Shown here: positions 1 to 15,036 of the stretch, piece after piece
How positions within the stretch are numbered: position 1 is the first letter of the stretch
Layout of the letters: each line of letters starts with the position of its first letter
Origin: Octopus vulgaris
Lineage: Eukaryota
Reading direction: 5' to 3'
NCBI GenBank assembly: GCA_951406725.2
Contig: OX597820.1
Coordinates: forward strand, 104,284,001-104,348,000
Length of the DNA: 64,000 nucleotides
The notes under the pieces: generated by a model
Database searches by the model: none
Told to the model about the DNA's origin: nothing
The model's input: the letters and a program-made list of their open reading frames with translations, nothing else
Translations under genes and position numbers: made by a program

Positions 1-2587
1 GTTCTTTTTCTTCTAACACAGAGAGTTCGTTCTCAAAGATTTCTTTTCTCTCTCTTCTTCTAGCACATTTTACAGTTCTTTTTCTCTTTCTAAACATCAG
101 AATTCAAAATACAAATCAAAACATTACCGGCACGTTCCTCGTCCGCAACACTCATCACAACTCCTACTACAAATTGTCATCTCTGTCACTGACCGTCTTT
201 CGTCCCCGTCATCTCCAACTACACCTGTCTGTCTCTGGCCGTCATCATCTCTAACTCACTGCCTGTCTTCCCCGCTTTGCCGTTGCCTCTCGCCATCTCC
301 ACCATCTCCCTTGTCCGCTCCGCTCACACCTCTGGCTAGCTGTCCCACATCGACTGACTGTCTCTTCCCAACTGAACTGCTTTTTTAAAGGGTGGCATTT
401 TAATTTTTTTATCATCTCTCCGTGACCGTGTTGGGATCAAATATCACTTCATAAGCTCATTAGTTACCGTGGTAGTTGACAAGACAAAGAAGATTCTATC
501 GTCCTGAACAACTGGAGCGCCGGTTCAACTCCAACCAACGGAACAAGGGGCACAATGTTTTTCTGTTTATTCACCTCCGTAACAATATATAAATAATAAT
601 AATAATAATAATAATAATAATTGACCAAATCGACCCCTTTACTTACTTTAAGCTTGCCACTTACTCTAACAATCTCTATTGAAAAATCGCTGTTACGGCT
701 ACGTAAACAAACCAACACCGGTTGTCAAGCGGTGGTGGGGGATAAACTCGAAGACTCATACCACACACACATATATACGACAGACTTCTTTCCAGATGGT
801 GGGTCAACAGTGATGATCTGTCATTACCCGTCTATTCCTGATTTCTATCTCAATTTCTCCCACTTGTTCCGGAGCGAATAAGGTGTGTTTTTTCTATAAC
901 ATTTTTTTTGCCCTACTGCCTTTTCCAGAATTATAAGCATCTTCCATACAAATTACGCCGGAAGACCCGGCGATTAACCTGAAATGGAGATAGACGAACC
1001 TGCAACTTTTTATCCCCACATCATTCGATAAAACCCTGGAATTTAGTAGCTTCCTCTTTAAAGACTCCTTACATTCGTCAGTTCAGTCCGAATCATTACC
1101 CTTACCTCATCAGGCAACATGTCTAACTTCTCTTAGGTTCGGACAAATTACGGAAAGTTAAGCTTCCTTTTTAGTTCCGACTTCATCTATGATAGAGTCG
1201 CATACAAGTGGCTCTTTTAAATCTTTTTGGATGATATTGACTTCCTCTCCTTGATGAAGTGAACAACTCAGGTTAATCTCACGTGTGCTACCCATTGCCC
1301 TTGTCTTACCTGCTTTAAAAGCCTTGTCACGATGCCTTCTATATCTTCCCAAGCTAAGTGCAGTCTTGTGTGCCAACGTACATTTCCCCCCACATAATCT
1401 GCCCAGTGGTTTTTCTCTCATTCACCATCTTTGCAAGTTCGTTGGTTTTGGGGGAGTATTGAACACTAGTCAGACCAAAAATGAGATGCAAGTAGGGTTT
1501 TGTCCCCAAAGTTGGGCCATGTGATCTATCACTTTTTAAGATCCAACTTTGCCCAGGCACCTGAAGAGCCAAATTCTACACTCCTAGGCCTTCACCCTTC
1601 CTTTTCCAGTTCTGACCTCAGCACTTCTCTGTCTTTGATTTACTTTTATCCCATTCACGAGTTCCGGATGATGATGTCCTTCAAACTTAGTCTGCTTTCT
1701 ACCTTTGTCACTGCTTTCTCACCACACTGATCTTGTGGTTATGCGTGTTATGCCTGCATCTCTGAACTTTCCATCGCTGGAGTCTCTATACGTCATTATA
1801 ACCCTTCACTTTACTGACTTGAACACTTCGGCCACTGAAGAGAGAAGTAGCTGGAACAACACAAACCTGATGTACAGCCCTAATGACGTTAAACTTAGTG
1901 CATTTTAAAGCCATCTGCAAAGTATTTACTCACCTCTCGACAGCAAGCTACTGATGAAAGAACCAGGCCTTGTACTTACATAGTAAGTCTTTCTTTTCCA
2001 TCTGCCTCAAATGTGTTTCCGCCCTTATCTGTGTTTCATAGGCAGAAGCAATCATTGGACAGAAGTAAAGTGATCGGTAGCGGCAAGATCAGTAATGAGA
2101 CTAAATGCTCTAGATTTCCGGTTAACATACATACGTTTAGATATAAATATATACATACTGTTGTGCGAGAGTTCGACGCCCCCTGGCGAGAATGGACTGG
2201 ACCACTTACATATAAATACTAGCTGAGTAAGTGACGTGTTAGTAAAGTTCACAGTTCGAGTTAACGTGTTGGATTGTTGGTCCTTAAAAGATTATTGTTA
2301 CATTACTTGTGGTTACTGGTGTTTGTTTCGATTATATTGTTATTACACCGTTGCAGCGCATTCTTTATCCATAACGATATAATACATACGTGCATACACA
2401 CATACTCGCGCGCGCGCATGTATGCACGCACGTACGTATGTATGTTTGAATGTATGTATGTGTATGTATGTTATGGATGCGTTTCTAAGTATATGCGTGT
2501 GCATAAATGTATGTATATATGTGTATTTGTGTGTATATACTGAAACATTTAATGTGCTAATATGCACACGCATATACATATATATAT

Positions 2588-2629
<42 letters not shown>

Positions 2630-2728
2630 AAATGAGGGTGAAAAATTTGATACTAATTCAATAATACCATCAATTTAACACCAAGTGGCCCAGCACATAA
2701 AAACCAGGGATACAATACAAATTTATAC

Positions 2729-2988
2729 ATAAATATGAGAGAGCGACCACTATGTGGTCTACTCTAGTGCTAAAAATAGATCCACTATGGTATAGCCACT
2801 AAAAAATTGTTTCCAAGGAGAAACATCACAACATTTAACGTGGGACAAGTGTTTTCGTTATTTTTCACTTGCCCCACGTTAAATGTTGTGATGTTTCTCA
2901 TTGGAAACAATTTTTTAGTGGCTATACCATAGTGGATCTATTTTTAGCACTAAAGTAGACCACATAGTGGTCGCTCTCTCATATTTAT
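2729..2988. repeat. Long inverted repeat (~123-bp arms, 14-nt loop)
   Basis: 2729-2851 is the near-perfect reverse complement of 2866-2988. Confidence 0.95.
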
Positions 2989-3023
2989 ATATATATATAT
3001 ATATAGCAATAATAATTCTCTAA

Positions 3024-3077
<54 letters not shown>

Positions 3078-3573
3078 AATAATTCATATATAATTCATAT
3101 ATATACATGTGTTGCATAATATATATTTATATATATGTATGTATACAGTATACATACACACACGCACGCACACATTCACACACTAACACGCACATACACA
3201 CGCACACGCATGCACACACACACAGACACATAATACGTACCTACCTATGTTTGAGGTTAGTGGAATATCCTATCCTTGTTAAGAGACGTTCGTATTGGCT
3301 ATTTTTCGAACTTAAATACTAGAGTTAAATAAACGTTTAGTACTTAATTAGAAGTGAGGATTGGCTAGCTCTTTGAGATAAAATCAGGATTCCAGAGCCT
3401 GGAAAAGAAAAGATATTGGGTGTGAGTTCCGCCATGTTATTTTTAAATCTCAAATTGTATTTTTCCTTTTTCGTGGTGTCAATTGTGAATTATATCACAT
3501 ATCATATACATATAGAAAGGATATAGAGAGAGTTTACGTATAAGTGAGTATGCATGAATGTGTGTGCACGTAT

Positions 3574-3648
<75 letters not shown>

Positions 3649-4237
3649 CGTATACATATATACATATTTTATTCTTTTAATTGTTTCTGTCATTAGATTG
3701 CGGTCATGCTGGGGATATACACACATACACATGCATATCTGTATATATATATATATATATATTATATGTAAATGGCAATTTGTCTGTCTGTCTGTTACCC
3801 TCTTACTGCCTAAACCAGTGAACCAATCTTCATGAAATTGTGCATACATGTTAAACTAACAACCAGTTCAATAATAGGCTAATTGGATTTCAATGAAGAT
3901 CGATTATGGCCCCCCTAGTGGAGGGGGGCGAATTATATTATAAAATGAGAAGGGTGCAAAGAATGTTAGTCGGAGGGAAATGTAGTTGCAGAAGATAGTG
4001 TAACTGATATCAGAGAAGGGGAGAACAGCGTTGTGTAAGCGAAAAAAAATGGAGTGGCAATGGTAACATTAATACAGCTGCCCTATACATGCAATTCTGC
4101 ATACATAGTTTCGTGAATGCATAGATACATGCATACGCGCGCGCACATAAGTAACTTTTAAAATGTCGAAAAGGAAGAGAAAGGTGGTTGAGAGGAATAA
4201 GTAGCCTTAATGAGAGAAAGAATATGTGGCTTTTCTA

Positions 4238-5510
4238 CTGCATTATCAGTTGAAGAATTGGCAATAAAGCTTAGTTCAAACCATACAACTGTTCATCATC
4301 ATCTTCAACAACTTGGAAAGGTTCCTGAACTGCAACCGAAGCGACTCGAAATATGCACTCAGTTTATGGGAAAGAATGCTTGAATGAAAGAATTTGCAGA
4401 AGATGGTTTGCAGAATTCAGAAGTAGAGATTTCAGCCTTGAAGATGAAGATCGAACAGGACATCCAGTTGAGTTTGATGATAAGCTCCTTGAGGTATTAC
4501 TTGAAGAAAATCCTGCATTATCAGTTGAAGAATTGGCAATAAAGCTTAGTTCAAACCATACCACTGTTCATCGTCATCTTCAACAACTTGGGAAAGGTTC
4601 CTAAATTTGGAGAATGGGTGCCTCATGAATTGTCCGAAAGCAACCGCAAACCCTGAGTTGACATCTGCTCTTCTCTCCTTTCTCGCGAACTGATTTCACC
4701 ACTGTTCATCGTCATCTTCAACAACTTGGGAAAGGTTCCTAAATTTGGAGAATGGGTGCCTCATGAATTGTCCGAAAGCAACCGCAAACCCTGAGTTGAC
4801 ATCTGCTCTTCTCTCCTTTCTCGCGAACTGATTTCACCCTTTTTGGATAGACTTGTGACTGGTGACGAAAAAATGGATCTTCTATTGAAAAGTCGTAGAC
4901 AGTGGCTTGGTAAAAGGGGAAAAGCTCAACCACAACCGGGAAGGGAACTTCATGAAAAAAAGGATCTATTCTCTATCTGGTGGGATTGCAAAGGAGTAAT
5001 TCACTTTAAATTGTTACCACCTAATGCAACAATCAACGCTCAAGTCTACTGTCAGCAATTAGAGCGTTTGAACCAAGCTTCGAAGAAAAAAAAACCCGCT
5101 TTAGTGAATCGAAAGGGAGTGATGTTTCATCAAGACAATGCGCGAGCCCACACTGCAAAGATCACATCACAAAAGATCGAAGAGGTTGGTTGGGAAAAAA
5201 TTCCCCATCCACCTTATTCTCCCGACCTCACTCCTTCAGACTACCATTTGTTTCGTAGTTTACAAACTCATTTGGGAGGCATAACTTTTGCAAGCCAGGA
5301 GGAGGTCGAAACTGACATTTCAGAGTTCTTCGCTTTGAAACCGAAAGAGTTTTACATTGATGGGATTTAAAAGCTTGTAAATAGATGGAAGGAAGTCATA
5401 GATAATCAGGGGGAGGTACATTGATGATTAAATTTCAATTAAATATAACATTTGATCACTTGTTTTCTTTATTCAAAATTCGGACAGAACTTATGGGATG
5501 ACCTGACATA
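4238..5510 (+). mobile_element. Decayed mariner transposon (DD34D transposase pseudogene)
   Basis: Motifs TGDEK, HQDNARAH and HPPYSPDLTPSDYHLF; HTH region in the 4353 ORF; stops and frameshifts; 3' TIR-like end ...cttatgggatgacctgaca followed by TA. Confidence 0.93.
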
Positions 5511-5605
5511 TATAAGGGTTTTTATAACCCTCTCCGTTATGATTGTGATTAATTCACAATTATACACTCTTCTTTCATATATGTGTGTGTGTGTGTGTGT
5601 GTGTA

Positions 5606-5662
<57 letters not shown>

Positions 5663-5858
5663 CTTGAATTATGCTTGCACTGAGGAGTGAAAACTGCATA
5701 AAACTGCACCGATTACGAAATCACAGTGTGATATGCAGCTGAATTCTGTCTTTAAATGACTTGCTTCGAGAGTTGGTGTCGGTACGATGTGTTTATTTAT
5801 TTTAGTAGTTTTGACGTTAAGAGTCCCTCCTAGCGTGTGGCATTTATATGTAATAATG

Positions 5859-6070
<212 letters not shown>

Positions 6071-6100
6071 TATAATAGGATTAGCTCGTATACGAGTAGG

Positions 6101-6523
<423 letters not shown>

Positions 6524-6574
6524 TAGATAGATAGTTAGATAGAAAGATTGATTGATTGATTGATACACACGTGT

Positions 6575-6619
<45 letters not shown>

Positions 6620-6959
6620 TGTGTGCACCTGAGCATATATATAATACAGAGTGCATCAGTTTTTTTGAAGTTATTTGTATGAATTTAGAAAAAAAAAACG
6701 AATAGCCCACGAAAGTAAAACTATACTTCAAAACAAATTGGTACAATTAGTCTTTAGAATCCTTTTATCATTTTATCACACAAATTCGATGAATCCACCG
6801 TTAGTAACAATGGCTATTTCAATACGAGGTCAGAATCTTTGACATGCCTGAATCAGATGATTTTTTTAATCAATTGTAGATATAATGCTACTTATGGCGT
6901 ACTTGATAGATAGTATAGGGTCATGAAATTATTGAATGACACCTCTCTCAACTATGCCC

Positions 6960-7892
6960 ACTGCACTGATGTTTGAGGAGCTAGGAGGCCGTGTCTGGGA
7001 AAACATAATCGTAGAGATTAACACACATCCATACTTGTGATGTCCTAGCTTTATGAGACGGTGCATAGTCTGGTTGTAAGAAGTACAGTCTTGTGTTGCA
7101 TACTCTGTCCATCCAAGGCCTCACAACTTTCTCCAACACTTCTGTATAAATAGTGACATTGACTTTTAGGTCATGTGATAAAGAGTGAGGAGACATGACA
7201 ACTTCCGCGTTGCTGACGACTCCCAGAACAATCACAGTTGTTGGGAACATAGTAGCATGACCGTTGGAACCTCATTCGGGTCCCTGCGTAACCATCTATC
7301 GTTCCTTCGGTTTACTTTTTGGTCCTGATCGAAGTTTTTATCATCGGAGAAAAATCAAAGCATCCAAAACTCTTGGTGTTTTAACTTGTTTAGCAAACGC
7401 TTTGCACGAATCAAACGATTCTCTCTTGTGACATTCAACATTGTCTGATTCCTCCGCATCACATACGACTTGTAGCAGATGTCCTCGTGTCCATTTCTTC
7501 TGATGGTGTATTCTGAAACCTTCAGGTCTTTTACAATGGCTCTTGTTGATTTCGGGGGCTTTTTATAGATGATTTCTTGGACTTTTTATACAAAGCAGTG
7601 TTCTAGTGGTATGAAGATACTGTGCAGCATTTTGCATTTAGCCGCTGTTGTTGGATCCCCGTCAAAAGCTTTCAGCTCCTTTCGAACTTTGACAACGCAG
7701 GATCGGGCAACTTTCACGAAGCGAGCTATCTCTGTATCACTATGCTACGCTTTTAAGGCAACGATTATACCAAACCTTTTCATTTGATGTGTCAACCTGA
7801 TGTCTCACATTATTTATCTGAAAGTAAGGTTAAAAAAAAAAAGCAAGAACAAAGAGTTTTTGCTAAGGTCTTCTCGAAAATCTGACGCACCC
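6960..7892 (-). mobile_element. Decayed Tc1-like transposon
   Basis: Minus-strand remnants FFSDDKNF, VLGVVS and QPDYAPSH; multiple disablements. Confidence 0.75.
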
Positions 7893-7949
7893 TGTGTATA
7901 TGTATATGCCTTCACGCACATAGTGAAACATAATACTGGAGTGATCTTT

Positions 7950-8892
7950 TACACCCAAAAATTTCACCAAAGATACGCACACAACAGATGCAACAGCCGC
8001 GTTCTGGCTTCAGATCCATATGGGAGAGCCGAAAATGTCATTTTCAGGTGCAAAACCCTGCCATGGTGATGATTTTCACCTGGGTGGCTTCTGATGGCAA
8101 GATCATGATTTAGAAGGCTGAGAGACAGACAGAAGTTTGTTATGTTCAGGTTTTGAAAGATGTAAAGACCTAAATTATTTCTGAAAATCCTAAGGCAAGA
8201 GATGGGGAAAACCCCAACAGATTGCTAAGGAGTTCAAGTTTACATTCCAGCAAGAAGGAGCTCCTTGTCACGCAAGTGCAGTGGCTCTAAAATTTCTCAG
8301 GGATGTGTTTGGAAATAGATTTCTGGATAAGAACACTTAGCCTCCTGCATCATTTGATTTCAACCCTTTAGACTTCAGCATCTGGAATGAACTGGTCAGA
8401 AAAGCTTGTGAGAAACGCCACAGTAATCTACAAACCCTCGAAAACTCCATCCGTAGGACGTAGGAAGAGGACACTGATGAGGAATTCATTAAGAAAGTTT
8501 GTGCTGCAGTCAGGAAGAGGGTTGAGGAAGTCATTCCCGAAAGAGGAGCAACTCTTGGTACCTAACAAGTAGGATTTCAGTCAGGATGGTCTTTGGCACT
8601 ATGATATAAACCTTTAAGCTTCAATTTAAAATTTATTCCAATACTGTATGAGCTCTCAATCATCAGATATGGTTAATTATTTATGAAAATATCATTTTCG
8701 CCCATGATCAACTTCCCCACGATTCTTCTGGTGAACTTGGAAAATAATCAACATTTTTCTTGCTCAAAGTAGAGCCCAATAGCGTTAGAAAAATCTCTGA
8801 TAATTCTACTAAGTTAACTTTAAGCATTCCTGAGATACACAGGTTCGAAGTTGAATCTGAAATTTGGACAATTTTGCTAATACACCCGGTAT
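7950..8892 (+). mobile_element. Decayed Tc1-like transposon, 3' part
   Basis: Remnants FQQEGAPCH and PPASFDFNPLDFSIW; TIR-like end ...ctaatacacccgg-TA. Confidence 0.7.
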
Positions 8893-9318
8893 ATATGTAC
8901 TGACATTTTTTCTCTTCTATTTATTCTATTTCCTTTAAGAATTTCTCCCGGGCGTTACCCATTACAATTCGTCTTGGCCTAAAGGCCCTTAGTGTTTGTC
9001 TTCGTCGACTGTTTACTTTGTACGTCAACTTTGTTGTTGTTTGTTCTTTCGAAGCCCTAACTCCCCACAAATTTTATAATTCTAAACTTTCTGGGTGCTG
9101 CTGTCTTACGAAGTTTTCCTATCTTGTCTTTAAAAGCATGAAGTGGGTCAGTAAAACAATCGACAACTGATGAGCGAATTATCTTCTTTTGGTATTTTCC
9201 CCTGTACTTGTCTCTCGTGTGCTTACGTATTTCTCACTTGTTAGTGATGTCCTGTACTGAATATGTATTTTTTATTCATTTATAATCGAACGCCACGCAG
9301 CCTTGTCCATGGTAAGTT

Positions 9319-9398
<80 letters not shown>

Positions 9399-9591
9399 CG
9401 ACGGGCTTCTTTCAGTTTCCGTCTACCAAATCCACTCACGGGGCTTTGGTCGGCCCGAGGCTATAGTAAAAGGCAGTTGTCCAAGGTACCACGCAGTGGG
9501 ACTAAACCTTGAACCATATGGTCGGGAAGCAAGATAATTTAATATCGTATATTATCATAACAGATAGTACTTATCCACCTTTTGTCTTTTG

Positions 9592-9627
<36 letters not shown>

Positions 9628-10063
9628 GGGGGGGACATACAAATCATTTAAAAGTAAAGGAAAATCATCATCAACAGTAAAACGGAAGAAATAAAGCTTA
9701 ATTAAGGTACTTTCATCAGAGAATGAAGAGATTCTGTCTCCTGACAACTAATGAAAGGTTATAGATTATTTACACTGATACCATAATTCACATGAAACAT
9801 CTGTTATAAGTACTCGATGCCTTATCATTTGGCATCAACCTTTGCTCCTTAGTATCGTGTTGAAACACCGTTTTTTGTTTTCGAAGTAGGACAGAGTTCA
9901 AGTCATACAATAAGAATCTTATGTTGTTACATATTTTACTGGGGGTCAGGATATGAATATGAATTATAGCTTAAACATTTAGAAAACTTTACTTGGATGA
10001 TGATAATAATAATAATAACAATAACAACAACAACAACAACAACAATAATAATAATGATAATAA

Positions 10064-11620
10064 AGTACATGGATTTACCAGAGGAACAAATATGAAATTT
10101 GGCTTAGAAAAATGTGCCAAAGCAACCTTGAAAAAAGAGGAAAACTAGTTAAGAGTAGCAACATCACACTAGATAAAGCCAATGAAATAAGAGAATTAGA
10201 CCAAAGTTAGACATAGAAATATTTAGGAATCAATGAACTAGATACGATACAACACACACAAATGAAAGAGAAAATAGAAAAAGAATACTATAGACGAGTT
10301 AGATTAATACTGAAAACAGAGCTCAATGTGAAAAACAGGATAAGTATCAACATTTTAGCTGTCCCAAGTATAAGTTACAGCTACAATAACTTTAACTGGA
10401 CACTAAATGAACTAATCAAAATAGACAGGAAAATAAGAAAAATAATGACAGGATTTAGGATGCACCACCCAAAATCTAACATAGAAAGGTTATATATACA
10501 ACGTATAGAAGGTGGTAGAGGTCTTATACAGCTAGAAAACTATTACAAAATAACCACCATAGGACTACAGAAGCAAGGAAAACTAATACAAATAGCCGTA
10601 AAACACGAGCAAAACGAAAATCTGTTTTCAGTCTTTAAGGAAGCTGACAAATACAAACAAGGAATCGTACTACCTAACAACTATAAAGAAAAAGAAGAAA
10701 CAACAAAAGCTATAAAACAAATGAAATCCAAACTAGAACTAGAACAGCAACAGATCATGATAAAACGATGGCAAGAAAAGCCCCTTCATGGCAAATACTG
10801 GACTAAACTAAACGCAAAAGAAACAGACAAAGCAAATCCCAGCAATGACTAAGAAGCTCAGGACTCAAAGCAGAGACAGAGGGATTTTTAATTGCAGCAC
10901 AAGACCAAAACCTCCCCACCAGAAATAACCGAAAATCTATAATGAAAAGAAACATAACAAGTAACTGTAGAATACGTTTAGAATATGTGGACAATAAATC
11001 ATATTGTCTCTGGTTGCCCAGTCCTGGCTAAAAAGTAATATATTCACAGACACGACAGAGTTGGTACCTACATATACTGGAAGCTATGCCAACATTATGG
11101 AATAACAACAGAAAAAAGATGGTATAGGCATACGCCAGAAAAGGTCACAGAGAATGAGAAGGCAACCATATTCTGGGATATGCCAAATCACACAGATAGA
11201 GAAATTAAGGTCATTATCCGGATATAGTTATCAGAGGTCACTAATAAATGCCTTCTAACTGATGTATCAATACCAACAGATGACAATCTTTCTCTAAAAG
11301 AATCGGAGAAATTCTCATAATACAAATATCTGGAAATAGAAGTAGCTCGAATGTGGAGCTTAAAAACAGAAGCAATTCCTATCATAGTAAGCGCATTAGG
11401 TATGATAAAAAAAACATTCAGACAAATACATAACAAAAAGCCCAGGGCTTACAAGTATATATGAGGAAACATACAGAAAATAGCACTGCTAGGCACCGCA
11501 CACATCTTACGTAAAACACTTTCAATACAGTGAAAATAAGAGCACCACAGCACGTACCCAAGGCACACAGAGCTGCGCTCGGTAGTGCATTGAAAGTACG
11601 TGATAAAAATAAGACTACTG
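10064..11620 (+). mobile_element. 5'-truncated R4/Dong-like non-LTR retrotransposon in (AAT)n
   Basis: FGLEKCA, RLYIQRIEGGRGL, LHGKY, GLKAETEGFLIAAQDQ, HIVSGC and RHDRV motifs; frameshifted; flanked by (AAT)n. Confidence 0.88.
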
Positions 11621-11648
11621 AATAATGATAATAGTAGTAGTAGTAGTA

Positions 11649-11711
<63 letters not shown>

Positions 11712-11713
<2 letters not shown>

Positions 11714-12661
11714 GCGCACGAGCAATTGGCTGATAGGTGGGAGGAGAAACGGCAAATATGTGGCCCGCAGCAAATAAGCTGATGTTGACCAGAAGCAAAC
11801 CCATCAGTGGCTACGGAGCTCAGGGCTAAAAGCAGAGAGCGAAGGTTTCATCCTGGCTGCTCAAGATCAAAGCCTATTAACCCGGAACTACCAGGCCAAT
11901 GTGATGAAAAATGGAGCAGACCCAAAATGCCGATTCTGCAACGACATGATTGAAACAGTGGACCACCTAATCTCTGGATGTAAAGTCTTAGCACCAGTGG
12001 TGTATAAATTAAGACATGACAGAGTTGGCCAATATCTACACTGGCTAATAAGTCGGCATTACAATATCAAAACCGCCGACAAGTGGTATAATCACCACCC
12101 TGAAGCTGTAACTGAAGGAGAAAATGTAACGATTCTGTGGGACTTTCCAGTACATACAGACCGAACCATCAAAGCCAATAAACCAGATATTGTTGTGAAA
12201 GACCAAAACAATAAAGTTTGCTTATTGATCGACATGAGCATCCCCTATGATCATAATATCTCGGCGAAAGAGTTTGACAAGCTCAGAAAATATAAAGACC
12301 TGCTCATTGAAATTGAGAAAATGTGGCATCTCAAGGCGGTTACAATACCAGTGATCGTAGGAGCACTAGGAATGATCAAGAAGGGAACCGAAAATTATAT
12401 GAGAATAATCCCTGGCTTACCATCCCTGCAAGAAGTGCAAAAGATTCTTAACTGGTACATCACACGTATTGAGAAGAGCATTGTCGATGTGAGAACTATT
12501 ACTACCCATGTATTTTAATTTAACTTATAAAAAAAAAAATAAAAAAAATGAACGAACTATTGAGTTTAGTTTAATGGCCTACCAATGTATACTATGAGTT
12601 TCTTTGCCATAGGAGTCGGGAAGACACTCGGCAAGAAATGGAAGCAAATTTGAAAGAAGAA

Positions 12662-12662
<1 letters not shown>
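11712..12662 (+). mobile_element. Second 5'-truncated R4/Dong-like element of a different subfamily
   Basis: CRFC..ETVDHLISGC zinc knuckle and KPDIVV...LID restriction-like endonuclease motif; flanked by (AAT)n. Confidence 0.9.
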
Positions 12663-12691
<29 letters not shown>

Positions 12692-12692
<1 letters not shown>

Positions 12693-13239
12693 TGCAGTAA
12701 CAGGCAGTGGCTCTCATGGCTTCTGATCTTAACTGATTGGAAGTGTTATCATGTACATTGTTTTGTCTTGGTATAAAAGATGGGCTACAGCAAATATTCT
12801 GCTCAATACCACAGATTTGCTTGTCAGTTGTTTGATCTTAACCAGTTGAGCATGTCCCTTAGTGGGTGACGATATGTGCATCTCTGATCACGAGCAGAAG
12901 TAGTGGGGTAGCATCATAGCCATGTGTTGAGAGGGATTCTTTGGGGTTTGAATAATTCACCTCTGGAAACATGGGTGTTTCGTTCAACATCCTTAAACAA
13001 CCCTTATTCAGGGACCTTTTGAGCGGAATGGGCTACTCAACCTGAAGAAAATTCTAACTGGGCCCCACCTGCAAGGTCATGTGCTGTTTATCTTGATATA
13101 AAATCACCATGTCGCGCACATATGGTTGTGATGCATGTGCCTGGTGTACCTTTATCAGACGGGTAGTCATGATGGGTATATTGGGCTTCGTATATTTTAC
13201 CCCAGTGTCACTTTGATGGGATGCACTGCTCTCTCACTC
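12692..13239 (+). mobile_element. Non-coding interspersed element inserted in (AAT)n, copy 1
   Basis: Near-identical to 13300-13720 and bounded by (AAT)n on both sides. Strand is assumed. Confidence 0.75.
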
Positions 13240-13299
<60 letters not shown>

Positions 13300-13300
<1 letters not shown>

Positions 13301-13720
13301 CCCTGATGCAGTACAAGGCAGTGGCTCTCATGGCTGCTGATCTTAACTGATTGGAAGTGTTATCATGTACATCGTTTTGTCTTGGTATAAAAGATGGGCT
13401 ACAGCAAATATTCTGCTCAATATCACAGATTTGCTTTGTCAGTTGTTTGACTTTAACCAGTTGAGCATGTCCCTTAGTGGGTGACGATATCTGCATCTCT
13501 GATAACGAGCAGAAGTAGTGGGGAAGCATCATAGCCATGTGTTGAGAAGGTTTCTTTGGGTTTGACTAATTCATTCTGGAAACATGGGTGTTTCGTTCAA
13601 CATCCTTAAACAACCCTTATTCAGGGACCTTTTGAGCGGGATGGGTTACTCGACCAGAAGAAAATTCTAACTGGGCACCACCTGCAAGGTCATGAGCTGT
13701 TTATCTTGATATGAGATCAC
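13300..13720 (+). mobile_element. Non-coding interspersed element next to (AAT)n, copy 2 (truncated)
   Basis: Direct repeat of 12692-13107. Confidence 0.75.
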
Positions 13721-13726
13721 GTGTGC

Positions 13727-13761
<35 letters not shown>

Positions 13762-14613
13762 AATCGGCGGAATTATGATGTAAGCACGTGTTAAAACCCT
13801 TCATAACTTTTGTATTTTTACGAATTTTTACAAAGTTTTTTCGATTCTGTCTTCTACATAATGGAATTAATATGATTATGCAACAAAAAATCTCCCACCC
13901 TCCAATTTTTAATTTTTAATTTGTGGTTTTAAAATAAAAGTCAGTCATAATAAGAGATCTCCCAAAAATCTATTTCCTTAATTTTCAACTACTGTTTCTG
14001 GCACACATATTTACGCAATTTTGATTCTGAAGTATTTAAAGAATTATTTGGAAATTTGGAGAAAAAAATGGTAAATTCAGACTGTCCGTATATTAAAACC
14101 ACGTATTATAAAAGAATATTTGTATGTCAAATTTTTGCTCCAGAAGTTCATGACTTCATAGGAATAAGCGTGGAAAACTGCATCAAGATTTTTTACTTCC
14201 TTTTAAAAAATGCAGATTTTGTGAATGAAACAAACTAAATAAAAAATGAATGTTTAATATGACAAATTTTCAGATTTTTTACGTCATTTTAAAAGGGGGC
14301 TGATTTTGTGTCTCAAACTAACTAGATCCAAGTACAGTGAATACCATCCTCCACAAATTGTTACTCATATGAAGTACATATGTATTTTGATAATTTCTAT
14401 CAAATACACTCTCTTTCCTGAGCATAAAAAATCCTCTTCCTTGGTGGCAATAACTTATATATCAGATTGTTGCACAAGTTCTAGCTGTTTTGATAAGGGA
14501 AATCGGAAAGGTTTGAAATGATTTCATCGGCATTTATCTGCACCAAAGAGCACTTTTTCGATAGATACGTTGGTCTCATAAGTGTCGCGTGGTGGAAATA
14601 AACTTTCAATTCA

Positions 14614-14816
14614 TTACTCTTTACTCTTTTACTTGTTTCAGTTATTTGACTGCGGCCATGCTGGAGCACCGCCTTTAATCGACTTATTCTTTTGTAAGCC
14701 CAGTACTTATTCTATCGGTCTCTTTTGCCGAACCGCTAGATAACGGGGACATAAACACACCAGCATCGGTTGTCAAGCAATGCTAGGGGACAAGCACAGA
14801 CACACAAACACACACA

Positions 14817-14870
<54 letters not shown>

Positions 14871-15036
14871 TACGACGGGCTTCTTTCAGTTTCCGTCTAC
14901 CAAATCCACTCACAAGGCTTTGGTCGGCCCGAGGCTATAGTAGAAGACACTTGCCCAAAGTGCCACGCAGTGGGACTGAACCCAGAACCATGTGGTTGGT
15001 AGACAAGCTACTTACCACACAGCCACTCCTGCGCCT
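14614..15036 (-). mobile_element. Full-length tRNA-derived SINE with internal (TA)n
   Basis: Head aggcgcaggagtggctgtgtggtaag...gggttcagtccc (A/B boxes), central ttgggcaagtg, tail cagtcaaataactgaaacaagtaaaagag. Partial copies at about 670-790, 9395-9535, 28028-28170, 30995-31160 and 33105-33320. Confidence 0.9.

Noticed and set aside
1-1700. Possible LTR/gag remnants
   Set aside because: No diagnostic motif or paired LTR could be confirmed by eye.
9167-9180. CTGATGAG hammerhead core word
   Set aside because: No correctly placed GAAA or stems were found.
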